Origin: Micavibrio sp.
GTDB lineage: Bacteria; Pseudomonadota; Alphaproteobacteria; Micavibrionales; Micavibrionaceae
Assembly: GCA_002695035.1 (NCBI GenBank)
Contig: NZNU01000075.1
Span: forward strand, 20,462-84,461
Direction of reading: 5' to 3'
DNA length: 64,000 bases
Shown here: positions 39,801 through 51,996 of the stretch, piece after piece
Numbering within the stretch: position 1 is the stretch's first letter
Layout: every line of letters begins with the position of its first letter
Translations under genes and position numbers: made by a program
Notes under the pieces: generated by a model
The model's database searches: none
What the model saw: the letters and a program-made list of their open reading frames with translations, nothing else
Told to the model about the DNA's origin: nothing

Positions 39801-40307
39801 AGCGGATTCTTCTAATATCTTCCTGCGCTCCAAAGGTTTTGCATTAATCATTTCTGTAACGCGACCTTGTGATACAAGGGCAGGGGAGTTTGCACCCACT
39901 ACGATATCTGCAAATAGCATCTGCACATCGCGGGCCCTGACAACTTTTCCGTTCACACGATATGTCGATCCGTGATCTTTTTCGATCCTGCGGATGACTT
40001 CTATTTCATCCAACTGGTTGTAAACTTCAGGTGCGGTCTTATCCGAATTATCAAGAACAACCGTTACCTCGGCAAAATTACGGGCAGAGCGGGCAGACGT
40101 TCCGTTAAAAATAACGTCTTCCATGCCTCCGCCACGCATGCGTTTAGGGGAGTTTTCCCCCATAACCCAACGCAAGGCTTCTGTCAGGTTCGATTTACCG
40201 CAGCCATTAGGTCCGACTATACCTGTTAAACCCGTACCGATTTCTACATCGGTACGGTCAACAAAGGATTTAAACCCGTTTAATCTAAGCTTGGTAAATT
40301 GTACCAT
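36801..40307 (-). CDS. smc: Chromosome partition protein Smc
   Basis: Walker A GPNGCGKSN, long coiled coils with a central hinge, signature LSGGE and Walker B VLDEIDAPLD. Confidence 0.95.
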   Translation of the reverse strand: MVQFTKLRLNGFKSFVDRTDVEIGTGLTGIVGPNGCGKSNLTEALRWVMGENSPKRMRGGGMEDVIFNGTSARSARNFAEVTVVLDNSDKTAPEVYNQLDEIEVIRRIEKDHGSTYRVNGKVVRARDVQMLFADIVVGANSPALVSQGRVTEMINAKPLERRKILEESAGISGLYARRHEAELKLRAAENNLVRLQDSIGGLESQLASLKRQARQAARYKQLNSEISEIQIILACIEYLQAAETLNTAKSLQSSTEKIVADKMAVIAQLNKTLETQAARLPELRDDSSKAAAAWQTQNLSLRRLEDEEELVSKTIHDLKTQIETLVSDQRHERENLSENTKLAEKLDKEEERIKFAGDNESQRIEEMQTNLSKLKEVMEAREGEYKKALQATASEKAQKALFEREISTLTEELEKLSAKKKDAEEALERLSGGNGDVSGDEAGLNKEIETLTVGIEEAEIEEEQLNAKIEATRQELRTETERESEIKSELAGLSSEVSTLESIVSQGQDGEFEPVVNSIKAQTGTELALSRALGEALMAATDTEAKSYWSEASVKDDDMPTLPQSLTPLSQFVNAPGALKTALAMTGLAESKAAAETASSELKAGQSVVTREGDFWRWDGYHVRAAAPDTQSTLLKQKNRLETLEKEMRAKEKALTTQKDKVSTLSDRQENLQKERQVTRQLRSDKQENLRERTRDLKRLQENARKTIEERTRKSEIIASFTDRISDATDKLNTAKAAFAEIENNSSSYSDELIETLNAQYNEASETYHNARSELEQIEGERKRREIRLRVIADERINLKNRMIRARDQLEKFAEREKTSKEKLESLKNRPSEILKEKEDILSSIGELDSRKNTYAEKLAAVEAEVEETRSGLKEKETEFQDAREARGRAMATLEAAQNQLQAVEQSVEENFDMNVKNLMANNAELIAPWRAEDGTLSKDKKPDDLRRKRDQLLRDREAIGPVNLRAQVEAEEIETQLGDILTERNDLTKAIDELRTAITKLNNEARTRLKSAFSVINGYFQKLFNTLFNGGKAHLEMVDSDDVLEAGLEIFAEPPGKTLQSLSLLSGGEQTLTSIALIFAMFLTTPSPICVLDEIDAPLDDANVDRVCNLLEQMAESGETRFIVITHHRLTMARMDRLYGVTMAERGISQLVSVDLQQKLDFLEAAE

Positions 40308-40319
40308 TTTTGCCTTTTA

Positions 40320-41162
40320 CTATTTAATATCGCCAAAGGCTTCTTCAAATCTGGACAAAGGCTGGTTTCCTGTCAGGACAGCCTGACCATTGTTTACAAC
40401 AAAGCTTGGTGTAGAGCGGATATTCCACTTTTCGGCTGTCTTTGCTTGCTCAAGAAGCGCTGCTTCAAGCTCTTTGTTTTCAAGGCACGCATCAAAATCT
40501 GAGTCTGTCATACCGGCCAGTTTTGCATTTTGGCGCAGAGAGGTCAGGTAATTGCTGTCATAGGCCCAGCTATCCTGACTTTCAAAAAGCAATGTCATAA
40601 AAGACACATACTTGTCTTCAGGCATACATCTTAGGATCATGCTGGCATCAAGCGCAGGTTTGTTTAAAGGAAGCTCACGAAACACCATCTGAACTTCACC
40701 GGTGTCTATGTATTTTTCCTTTAACTCTTTATAAGTCGTATTGTGAAAAGCGCCACAGTGACCACATGTCAGAGAGCTGTATTCCAAAACCTTGATAGGC
40801 GCATCATCCGAACCTACAGTTTGCACAGGGAGCAAAGGCGATACAGGCTCCGTAGCAAAGCTGGAAGTGTATTCGGACGCCTCTTCTGTAGAGGCTGTAT
40901 CTTCTTCACCGATAACATTTGTCTCTTGAACAACTGCACTATCATCAGCGTCCTGCACCTCAATGTCGTCAGCGCTGTTATCCATGGTCATATCATCTTC
41001 AACAGCCTGACCTGTTACCGGGTCAATATTTTCTTCGACCGCTTCTGTTTCTACCATGGTTGTTTTTGTTACAAATCTTGGGTACATGAGAACAATCACA
41101 ACGATAATTGCGATAATTCCTAAAATTATAAATAATGGGTTATTCTTTTTGGACTCAGCCAT
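40320..41162 (-). CDS. DsbA-family thiol:disulfide oxidoreductase, membrane-anchored
   Basis: N-terminal TM helix, an acidic linker and a thioredoxin fold with a CGHC active site. Confidence 0.8.
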   Translation of the reverse strand: MAESKKNNPLFIILGIIAIIVVIVLMYPRFVTKTTMVETEAVEENIDPVTGQAVEDDMTMDNSADDIEVQDADDSAVVQETNVIGEEDTASTEEASEYTSSFATEPVSPLLPVQTVGSDDAPIKVLEYSSLTCGHCGAFHNTTYKELKEKYIDTGEVQMVFRELPLNKPALDASMILRCMPEDKYVSFMTLLFESQDSWAYDSNYLTSLRQNAKLAGMTDSDFDACLENKELEAALLEQAKTAEKWNIRSTPSFVVNNGQAVLTGNQPLSRFEEAFGDIK

Positions 41163-41295
41163 AATGATCCTCCTTAAAGGATAGTCTGTAAATTATCTTG
41201 AAAACGCAGCTATTCTGCATGATTTACCCATGCATTCGCAACTGATATAGGGACTCTTAATGCCTTTATCCACATTTAGACCCGAGATAAGAGTT

Positions 41296-41988
41296 TTACT
41301 TTAAGATATTAAGATAAACATAGTCTGAGCTAACTCGCGGTCCGTCATTACCTAATGCGCGAATTTGCATTCTTTGTGGCTGCACGCCACGCTGTATAAA
41401 CCAGTCACGCACTGAAAGCCCGCGGGAAAGCGCTACACGGCGCGCCGTTGCGACATTACCGTTTGGAGTAAGCGTTGCATAAGCGTCTATTGAGAGGTTG
41501 GTATTATCAAGTGCATGCAAGGCTTTAAGAACATCCTCCAAAACAAAACTGTGAGCATAGGTGACGTCAATGCTATTCCTCGCAAAACTCAGCTTGAACA
41601 CCTGCATATCTTTAGTCGACGAAGGCTTTTCTGCAGGCTTTAAAACCGAGTCACGAGCCTCTTTGAGAGTTTTGGACGTATCGATCAGAGATTCACTTTT
41701 TACCTCAGCCATATTTGCAACAATCGCTTTGCTCTCCCTAATTTTGAACGCCTTGTCAGACAATCCCTTGCTTTTAGGTTTTGGAATTTTTGGCTTTTTT
41801 AGAGGATGAGGCGGGTCTTGAACCGCCTGCGAGGGCGTTTCATCAGAAGCTTGATCGGGAGAATCAAAAGAAAGTGATGGCGGTGCATAGGGCTTCGTGT
41901 CCTGGGCCAACGCCATATAGGGACACATAACCACTAAAACACACAAAAAGCAAAACGGCAAGAAGCTGTTTTTTTCTTTATTTAGCAT
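41296..41988 (-). CDS. Secreted protein with divergent OmpA-like C-terminal domain
   Basis: Signal peptide ending ALA-QD and a Pro/Lys-rich linker. The C-terminus IDAYAT...NVATARRVALSRGLSVRDWFIQRGVQPQRMQIRALG resembles the OmpA/MotB peptidoglycan-binding motif but is degenerate. Confidence 0.5.
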   Translation of the reverse strand: MLNKEKNSFLPFCFLCVLVVMCPYMALAQDTKPYAPPSLSFDSPDQASDETPSQAVQDPPHPLKKPKIPKPKSKGLSDKAFKIRESKAIVANMAEVKSESLIDTSKTLKEARDSVLKPAEKPSSTKDMQVFKLSFARNSIDVTYAHSFVLEDVLKALHALDNTNLSIDAYATLTPNGNVATARRVALSRGLSVRDWFIQRGVQPQRMQIRALGNDGPRVSSDYVYLNILK

Positions 41989-42778
41989 TGCTTAGAATGT
42001 TTTGCTCAGAAAATCTATGAAGCTGGCCATTGGTTGCCAAAATGCCTTCAGATCTGACCGGATCCGCTCTATTCTCCCCAAAGCCTGTTACCATTCCACC
42101 GGCTTCTTTAACTATTAGGTAGCCAGCTGCAACATCCCACGGCTTGAGTTTTCTTTCCCAAAATATTTCCGCACGACCTGCTGCTACATAGGCAAGATCA
42201 AGTGCCGCGGCACCAGGGCGCCTGAATGTCATCTGGTGCTTCAAAACATTTGCCAGCTCTTTCATATAATCTTCGTAAAAGCTGTGTGCTGCAACCGGGG
42301 AACCACCCAGAACAACAGATTCCTCGGGTTTGCTACGGCCTGAAACACGTAATCGTTTATTTCTCATAAAAGCGCCGGAGCCTTTCTCAGCCATAAACAT
42401 TTCGTCCTTTACGGGGTCATAAATCAAGCCTGCGACAATTTCTCCCTTGCGCTCCAATGCTATGGAGATACACCAATGAGGAATGCCGTGCAGAAAATTG
42501 GATGTGCCATCTAATGGATCAATAATGAAAATATTATCCTTGTCTTTTCCTTCCACACGGCCACTTTCTTCCATTATGAAAGAATAGTCGGGGCGCGTCT
42601 TTGATAACTCGCGGTGCAGAATCTGCTCTGCGCGTTTATCAGCAGCAGAAACAAAATCAGCAGGCCCTTTACGTGAGACCTGCAGCTGCTCAACTTCTCC
42701 AAAATCGCGCAGCAGAGATCTGGATGCTTTTTCTGCGGCGGAAATCATTACATTAAGGTCTGGGGAACGAAGGCCCAT
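41978..42778 (-). CDS. suhB: Inositol monophosphatase family protein
   Basis: IIDPLDGTSNF and WDVAAG motifs. Confidence 0.9.
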   Translation of the reverse strand: MGLRSPDLNVMISAAEKASRSLLRDFGEVEQLQVSRKGPADFVSAADKRAEQILHRELSKTRPDYSFIMEESGRVEGKDKDNIFIIDPLDGTSNFLHGIPHWCISIALERKGEIVAGLIYDPVKDEMFMAEKGSGAFMRNKRLRVSGRSKPEESVVLGGSPVAAHSFYEDYMKELANVLKHQMTFRRPGAAALDLAYVAAGRAEIFWERKLKPWDVAAGYLIVKEAGGMVTGFGENRADPVRSEGILATNGQLHRFSEQNILSNAK

Positions 42779-42813
42779 AATATATACTCTTTTCTACTTT
42801 ATTTGATCTTGTT

Positions 42814-43380
42814 TTAGTCTTTTGCGCGCTCTACGTATGAGCCGTCTTCTGTTTTAACTACTATACGCGTCCCGCTCTCAACAAAGGGAGGTACCATAAC
42901 CTTAACACCGTTATCCAGTACAGCCGGTTTATAAGACGTCGTTGCTGTCTGGCCTTTAACTACCGGCTCGGCCTCCACAATTTCAAATGTGGCCTGATCG
43001 GGTAGGGTGGCGGCAAGAGGCTTTCCTTCATAAGTTTCGACCTCTACCACCATACCATCTTGAAGAAACTGGCCAGGCTCACCAAAAAGCTCCATAGGAA
43101 TTGCCATCTGTTCATATGTTTCAGTATTCATTATAGTGACCATATCACCATCCTTGAAAAGATACTGGTAATTTTCCTGCTCAAGCCTTACGCGGTCAAC
43201 CGACTCCTGAGTTCTGAAACGAACATTGTTTTTATTGCCAGTTTCAATGTCCCTCATTGTTATATTGATATATGACCCACCTTTTCCAGGTTGCGAGATA
43301 TCACCGCTTATGACTGAGTAAAGACGTCCTTCATGTTCTATGACGTTGCCATTTTTAAGCGTATTTGCATTGACCTTCAT
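42814..43380 (-). CDS. efp: Elongation factor P
   Basis: 188 aa with QPGKGGS loop and three OB/KOW-like domains. Confidence 0.95.
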   Translation of the reverse strand: MKVNANTLKNGNVIEHEGRLYSVISGDISQPGKGGSYINITMRDIETGNKNNVRFRTQESVDRVRLEQENYQYLFKDGDMVTIMNTETYEQMAIPMELFGEPGQFLQDGMVVEVETYEGKPLAATLPDQATFEIVEAEPVVKGQTATTSYKPAVLDNGVKVMVPPFVESGTRIVVKTEDGSYVERAKD

Positions 43381-43397
43381 TATTAACCTTCTTGTTG

Positions 43398-43880
43398 CTA
43401 ATTTTTACTTTGTTTGTCTTTTTGAATAACAGATTCTCCAAAACTGTTCAGCCGAGACTTTAAATCCATATCCTCTACAGTTTCAAGCATATTAGACAAA
43501 TCCTGCTTATCTTTTTCTTCCAAAGGCTTCGCTTTCATCTGTTGAGGCGCTCCATCTTTATGCCGCGCTTCTGTTGCAACAAACTCTATGTCACTTATAA
43601 AATCGTCACCTAAAAGCCTGCCTATACGCTCTTTTATGATACCTTTTTGATAGTGAAGCATGGTTGAGAGGGCACTTGGTACCCCGATGACCAGAATACG
43701 GTAATGCTTGCCTTTTCGTTTTGGCATTCGCAGCTTCACCGGCTGAGCCTTTTCAGCCATATCAGCCCCTACAATCTGATCCCATAAATCCAGAACACGC
43801 CCAAGCGCGACAAACTTCTTATCAAAAGTTTTCCCACTTATGCTTCTTACGCCGTGTGACAATGGTTTTAATCCGTTCAT
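43398..43880 (-). CDS. DUF721 (DciA-like) protein
   Basis: W..IVG...A....P..L pattern (LWDQIVGADMAEKAQPVKL...LVIGVPSALSTMLHYQK). It lies divergent from mutY, as in other alphaproteobacteria. Confidence 0.6.
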   Translation of the reverse strand: MNGLKPLSHGVRSISGKTFDKKFVALGRVLDLWDQIVGADMAEKAQPVKLRMPKRKGKHYRILVIGVPSALSTMLHYQKGIIKERIGRLLGDDFISDIEFVATEARHKDGAPQQMKAKPLEEKDKQDLSNMLETVEDMDLKSRLNSFGESVIQKDKQSKN

Positions 43881-43919
43881 GTCTTCACACAGTAACTGAG
43901 TTGATATAGTTTGTCAGCT

Positions 43920-44978
43920 ATGACTTTATCTGCAAAAGATTTTAGACAGCAAATGCTTGACTGGTACGATCGTCACCGTCGGCTTTTACCCTGGAGGGCA
44001 CTTCCTAACCAAACATCTGATCCTTATCATGTATGGCTCTCCGAGATCATGTTGCAACAAACTACGGTTCAGGCCGTAAAAGCCTATTTTGAAAAATTTC
44101 TAAAGAAATGGCCAACGGTAGAGGATATGGCATCCAGCAGTCAGGAAGCGATCATTGATGAGTGGGCAGGGCTTGGATATTATGCACGAGCGAGAAATCT
44201 TCACAAATGTGCAAAAGTTGTAGCAGATCAACACAAGGGCCATTTCCCCTCAGATTATGAGGAACTTTTGAAGCTACCGGGCATCGGTCCTTATACGGCT
44301 GCAGCTATAACCTCTATTGCTTTTAATAAACCTGCTAATGTCGTTGATGGGAATGTCGAACGGGTTATGGCGCGCTATATGTGTATTGAAACGCCTTTTC
44401 CTGAAGGAAAAGCCGAAGCCAAAGAGAAGGCTGCATTATATATCGGGACATTTGAAGGTCGCCATTCCGATTATGCTCAGAGTCTGATGGATTTAGGCGC
44501 GACCACATGCCGCCCAAAAAGTCCTGTTTGTGGCATGTGTCCATTGAACAAGACGTGTTGTGCATATTCAAAAAACTTGCAAAACGAACTTCCTAAACGC
44601 GCAAAAAAGAAAGCACCTCCCCATAAGAAGGCAACCGTATACATCATCCACAATCCTGACACAGGGGAGATACTACTGGAAAGGCGGCCTGAAACAGGTT
44701 TACTGGCTAATACCGCTGCTTTTCCCACATCTGAATGGCTAGAGGCTGAGAAGCCCCTCAAAGCAAAAAAAAGCCAGAACAATGTACATCATGTCTTCAC
44801 ACATTTTTCACTGACGCTTAGCCTTAAGATAATTAAGGCCGATGAAAATTTCATTTTTTCTGATAAACTGAAAAGAGGGGAGCTGCAATGGGTAAGCCTG
44901 AAAGAAATCGGGAAGGTTAAGTTCCCAAGTCTTTTTAAAAAGGTTTATAGAATGCTACCCGTAGATATACTTAGTTAG
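43920..44978 (+). CDS. mutY: A/G-specific adenine DNA glycosylase MutY
   Basis: LPWR..., WLSEIMLQQTTV, an HhH-GPD segment and a 4Fe-4S loop CRPKSPVCGMCPLNKTCCAY. The ATG at 43920 is preferred over the TTG at 43911. Confidence 0.9.
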   Translation: MTLSAKDFRQQMLDWYDRHRRLLPWRALPNQTSDPYHVWLSEIMLQQTTVQAVKAYFEKFLKKWPTVEDMASSSQEAIIDEWAGLGYYARARNLHKCAKVVADQHKGHFPSDYEELLKLPGIGPYTAAAITSIAFNKPANVVDGNVERVMARYMCIETPFPEGKAEAKEKAALYIGTFEGRHSDYAQSLMDLGATTCRPKSPVCGMCPLNKTCCAYSKNLQNELPKRAKKKAPPHKKATVYIIHNPDTGEILLERRPETGLLANTAAFPTSEWLEAEKPLKAKKSQNNVHHVFTHFSLTLSLKIIKADENFIFSDKLKRGELQWVSLKEIGKVKFPSLFKKVYRMLPVDILS

Positions 44979-44992
44979 ATAAGGAAGCAAAG

Positions 44993-46968
<1,976 letters not shown>

Positions 46969-46984
46969 TCAAAATTTATCCTCA

Positions 46985-47112
46985 GAATCATGAATCATCA
47001 CGGACTCTGCGTCAAGTAAAAAATAAAGATTCTTACAACGGACTCAACAAGTTGGATCGTTCAATTAATGTACGTGCCTCTAAGTTACTATAGTGATTCG
47101 TTTTCTAGAATC
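46985..47112. promoter_or_regulatory. Cluster of seven GANTC (CcrM target) sites in and next to the ccrM promoter region
   Basis: GAATC 46985, GAATC 46992, GACTC 47003, GATTC 47028, GACTC 47041, GATTC 47095 and GAATC 47108. Five of them fall in the 131-bp ccrM-rnhB intergenic region. Confidence 0.5.
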
Positions 47113-47720
47113 AGACGTACAGGTGAAAAAGATTTACGGTGGTGAGGGGTGACACCCAATTTGTTCAGTGCCTCAATATGCATCTTCGCGCCATAACCGG
47201 AATTACTGCCCCAGCCATAACCGGGGAAGAGGCCATCTAACTTACCCATCTGTCTGTCACGCGTTACTTTTGCTATTATGGACGCAGCAGCAATAGAAAG
47301 TGACCTACTATCTCCCTTTACCAAACATGTTGCCTCACAAGAAAGCTTAGGGAGTTTGTTGCCATCGATAAGAGCATGTGAACATTCCCGCTCCAAAGAC
47401 TGATAGGCGCGCGTCATAGAGAGAAGGGAGGCTTGCAAAATATTAATTTCGTCTATTTCTTCTACCGAAGCTTCCCCAACACCAACATGGCAGTGTTCGT
47501 GAATGATATCAAAAAGCCTTTCACGCTTTGGTTTTGTCAGCTTTTTACTATCTGTAACTTCTTTGAAAGCAGGTAGTTTCCTAACCTCAAAAGGAATAAT
47601 AACGGCAGCAGAAACAACAGGACCAGCAAGTGGACCGCGCCCGACCTCATCTATACCGCAGACGAGGCCCTTATATTTATCTTCATAGGAAAAGTCAGGT
47701 GCTTCTTTTTGTAAAGTCAT
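47088..47720 (-). CDS. rnhB: Ribonuclease HII
   Basis: GIDEVGRGPLAGPV motif and DSK. The ATG at 47720 is preferred over the TTG at 47726. Confidence 0.9.
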   Translation of the reverse strand: MTLQKEAPDFSYEDKYKGLVCGIDEVGRGPLAGPVVSAAVIIPFEVRKLPAFKEVTDSKKLTKPKRERLFDIIHEHCHVGVGEASVEEIDEINILQASLLSMTRAYQSLERECSHALIDGNKLPKLSCEATCLVKGDSRSLSIAAASIIAKVTRDRQMGKLDGLFPGYGWGSNSGYGAKMHIEALNKLGVTPHHRKSFSPVRLILENESL

Positions 47721-47766
47721 AACCAAAGACTAAAAGAGACCGCTCCGTTGAACAACACAAAAAATG

Positions 47767-50385
47767 TTAAAGCTTTAAAGATTTTGTAGCAATTTCATAC
47801 ACGTTGGGTGAGAGGTCTTTAGTTTTAACTATATCCTCAAGTGCTGTTTTCATCTTTTTCTGCAAGTCGGGTTTATAGCGCTTCCATTCCCGTAAGGGGG
47901 TTAGGAGGCGCGCCGCAATTTGCGGATTGATATCATTTAGCTCAATTATGGCGTCCCGTAAAAAGCCATAGCCTTTCCCCGATGGATCATGGAAATGGAC
48001 AGGATTATTCATGGCAAAAGCCGCATATAGGGAACGTACACGATTTGGGTTTTTAATATTAAAGTCACCATGAGCACGGAGACTTTTTAAATCATCAAAG
48101 ATTTGCGGCCTGTCTGCCATCGCCTGGAGCGTAAACCATTTGTCTATCACCAATTGATAATCCTTAAAGTCGACATAAAAGTCCCTTAAGGCGTCTTCTC
48201 GCTCTTTGGAGCCCGTATCAGCAAGCACAGAAAGTGCTGCTGCGCGATCAGTCATATTTGTAGCAGCGTCAAATTGTGCCTTTGCCAGCTGCACAGTTTT
48301 ACTTTCATTTGCTGTTATTAAGTAAGCCAGAGCAGTATTCTTTAGGGCGCGCATGCCCATATCCTTAGGGGAGGGACTGTATTGGCCTGTTGATTTGTTA
48401 TCGCCAAATATCTTCAAAAACTTGCTCTCAAAAGTTTTTGCCAAATGACTTTTGATTTTTTCCCGCACTTTATGTATCGCCTGCGGATCTACCTCATTCT
48501 GGTCATTGGCAATCATGGTAAAGTCAGGCAAAGAAAGTGACCTTGCCAATAGCGCCTTATCTGTAGCCGGATCACCAGCCTGATCAAGCAGAGCGGCATA
48601 ACTGTCAGTGAACTCTTGAGGGATTTTTGCCGTTGGATCCGCTAGCATCGCATTAATCTGGCGCATAGCAAGTGTTTGCCCTGCCTCCCATCGATTAAAA
48701 CCATCACTGTCATGGACCTGTAAAAACCTTAAATCATCATCCGTTAAATCCGTTTGCAGCTTAACAGGCGCCGAGAAGTTTCTTAAAACTGAGGGGGCCG
48801 GGCGCTCACCTATATTTTCAAAGGTGAAGCTTTGCTCCATTTCAGTAACCTCAAGAACGCGGGACGTTTCGCCATTGCCAAGATCCATATCCTGGCCTTT
48901 GTTATTCAAGAGACCAATGTTTACAGGTATAAGAAATGGTTTTTTATCTTTTTGGCCGGGTGTGTCGGGCAGTTCTTGCTTGAAAGTCACAGTGAATGTT
49001 TTGGTATCTTCATTATATTTTGTCTCTGTCTTCAGAACAGGCGTTCCCGCCTGTAGATACCAACGGAAAAATTGCGACATATCGCGCCCGGAAGCGTCTG
49101 CCATACATTCAACAAAATCTTCACAAGTAACAGCCATTCCATCATATCTTTGAAAATAAAGGTCTGTTGCTTTACGGTAATTTTCCGCACCTAAAAGAGT
49201 ATGTTGCATACGAATAACTTCAGCACCTTTTTCATAAACAGTCGGTGTATAGAAATTATTGATCTCTATGTAGTTATCAGGGCGGATAGGGTGGGCCATC
49301 GGGCTTGCGTCTTCTGGGAACTGCGAACGGCGAAGCTGGATAACATCATCAATACGCTGAACAGCGCGTGAATTTAGATCACTCGAAAATTCCTGATCCC
49401 GAAAAACGGTTAATCCCTCTTTCAAAGACAGCTGAAACCAGTCACGGCAAGTGACACGATTACCTGTCCAGTTGTGGAAATATTCATGGGCAATAACACC
49501 TTCCACGCGCATAAAGTTAAGGTCTGTGGCTGTATCTGGATGAGCCAGAACTAGTGCCGTATTAAAGATATTCAGAGACGTATTTTCCATCGCACCCATA
49601 TTGAAATCGGAAACAGCAACGATATTGAAACGGTCAAGTTCATACTCCCGACCATAGACATCCTCGTCCCATTTCATGGATTTCTTAAGCGACTCCATAG
49701 CATGATCACATTGGGTCTCATCGCCTTCACGGACATAGATACGCAGATCCACCTTGCGGCCTGATTGGGTTACAAACTCGTCCTGAAGGTGGACAAGATC
49801 ACCTGCAACGAGAGCGAATAGATAGCACGGCTTTGGAAAAGGATCGTCCCAAACAGTAAAGTGACGTCCTTTGTCCAGATCACCTTCCTCGACAAGGTTA
49901 CCGTTTGACAATAAAACGGGGTACTCATCCTTGTTTGCCTCAACACGTACGGTAAAAGTGGTCATAACATCAGGTCTATCAGGGAAATAGGTTATACGGC
50001 GAAAGCCTTCAGCCTCACATTGCGTACAATAATTTCCACCTGATTTATAGAGTCCCTCAAGAGCCGTATTCGAAGCCGGGTCTATTTCACTCTCAATTTC
50101 AAGTGTAACAGCAACGCCCTGGTCATCAATAATGAGCCCCGTATCAGTTAATTTGTAATCGCCTTTACCCAGAGTTTTACCATTTACCTTGACGGATAAA
50201 AGCTTCTGATGTTCACCATCCAGCCTGATTTCCTGACTATCCTCACTATGGCGCTTTAACTCCAGACGGTTTTTTACAATCGTTTTGTCGTCATATATTT
50301 TAAAGTCCAGCTTACAATGGCCTACGTTGTAAGGGTATGGTGCGTAATCTTTTAAATGAATAGTTTGGGGCTGGTCGGTTCGCAT
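47767..50385 (-). CDS. pepN: Aminopeptidase N
   Basis: GAMEN and HEYFHNWTGNRVT...LKEG M1 motifs, 872 aa. Confidence 0.95.
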   Translation of the reverse strand: MRTDQPQTIHLKDYAPYPYNVGHCKLDFKIYDDKTIVKNRLELKRHSEDSQEIRLDGEHQKLLSVKVNGKTLGKGDYKLTDTGLIIDDQGVAVTLEIESEIDPASNTALEGLYKSGGNYCTQCEAEGFRRITYFPDRPDVMTTFTVRVEANKDEYPVLLSNGNLVEEGDLDKGRHFTVWDDPFPKPCYLFALVAGDLVHLQDEFVTQSGRKVDLRIYVREGDETQCDHAMESLKKSMKWDEDVYGREYELDRFNIVAVSDFNMGAMENTSLNIFNTALVLAHPDTATDLNFMRVEGVIAHEYFHNWTGNRVTCRDWFQLSLKEGLTVFRDQEFSSDLNSRAVQRIDDVIQLRRSQFPEDASPMAHPIRPDNYIEINNFYTPTVYEKGAEVIRMQHTLLGAENYRKATDLYFQRYDGMAVTCEDFVECMADASGRDMSQFFRWYLQAGTPVLKTETKYNEDTKTFTVTFKQELPDTPGQKDKKPFLIPVNIGLLNNKGQDMDLGNGETSRVLEVTEMEQSFTFENIGERPAPSVLRNFSAPVKLQTDLTDDDLRFLQVHDSDGFNRWEAGQTLAMRQINAMLADPTAKIPQEFTDSYAALLDQAGDPATDKALLARSLSLPDFTMIANDQNEVDPQAIHKVREKIKSHLAKTFESKFLKIFGDNKSTGQYSPSPKDMGMRALKNTALAYLITANESKTVQLAKAQFDAATNMTDRAAALSVLADTGSKEREDALRDFYVDFKDYQLVIDKWFTLQAMADRPQIFDDLKSLRAHGDFNIKNPNRVRSLYAAFAMNNPVHFHDPSGKGYGFLRDAIIELNDINPQIAARLLTPLREWKRYKPDLQKKMKTALEDIVKTKDLSPNVYEIATKSLKL

Positions 50386-50475
50386 AATTATCCTGATGTA
50401 AAAATTCTTTTAAAAGAGGATAATGCAAGAGAGTAAAATGTAAAGCGCAAGCTTTAGCTGCTTAATAGTAAGGTT

Positions 50476-50886
50476 TTACTGATTATTATAAGCCAGCTCC
50501 ACACGGCGGACAGAATTCCTGTCAAAACCTGCTTCACGGTTCAGGCTATTCAAAACATGATTAAGAGCATAGTAAACAGTTGTCTTACTAACAGGACCGT
50601 CCGGGTCGGCAGAATATATCGAAAAGGGGGATTTCAGAAATTCCCTGTCCCCGACATAACCAAGATCTGAAGCCTCATTTAGAATTTCGCGGAAAGTTTT
50701 TGCATCCTCTTCTGCCAGTGTTGCAGGCACATTTCCCGCTCTTATCTGTTCCAGCAAAGCATCCATTCTCTGGTCTTTGGTTGGTTTCTTTTTACTTCTT
50801 CGCCGGTCAGGCGAAAAGCCCAGGACGTCTTCATAGAATTGATGGCAGGCTTTTTGAAAATTATATGTTAGGAAATGCTTTTCCAT
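50476..50886 (-). CDS. Hypothetical 136-aa protein
   Basis: Clean ATG ORF between obg and pepN. It is basic, with an RRRSKKKPTK patch. No family recognised. Confidence 0.45.
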   Translation of the reverse strand: MEKHFLTYNFQKACHQFYEDVLGFSPDRRRSKKKPTKDQRMDALLEQIRAGNVPATLAEEDAKTFREILNEASDLGYVGDREFLKSPFSIYSADPDGPVSKTTVYYALNHVLNSLNREAGFDRNSVRRVELAYNNQ

Positions 50887-50915
50887 GATTTACACATTTA
50901 TTAAGTTAGTGGCTT

Positions 50916-51920
<1,005 letters not shown>

Positions 51921-51941
51921 TTACTTTTACCTGATAGATAG

Positions 51942-51968
51942 AGAAAAGGGGAAAGCCAGACTTCCCCC
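51942..51968 (-). terminator. Weak hairpin plus U-tract between rpmA and obg (possible attenuator)
   Basis: Minus strand: GGGGAA-GUCUGGCU-UUCCCC followed by UUUUCUC. Confidence 0.35.
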
Positions 51969-51996
51969 TTATACCCATAAATTCTAAAAATTGTTT

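Noticed and set aside
36709-40229. Multiple 85-180 aa plus-strand ORFs antisense to smc (e.g. 36709-37251, 38893-39324, 39370-39786)
   Set aside because: They lie entirely inside a well-supported 1168-aa smc gene. They have Ser/Cys/Phe-rich low-complexity translations typical of the antisense of coiled-coil (E/K/L/A-rich) coding sequence.
41266-41274. Perfect DnaA box TTATCCACA in the dsbA/OmpA-like intergenic region
   Set aside because: This is a single 9-mer. Roughly 0.5 occurrences are expected by chance in 64 kb on both strands. I found no cluster of boxes, AT-rich unwinding element or origin-linked genes nearby.
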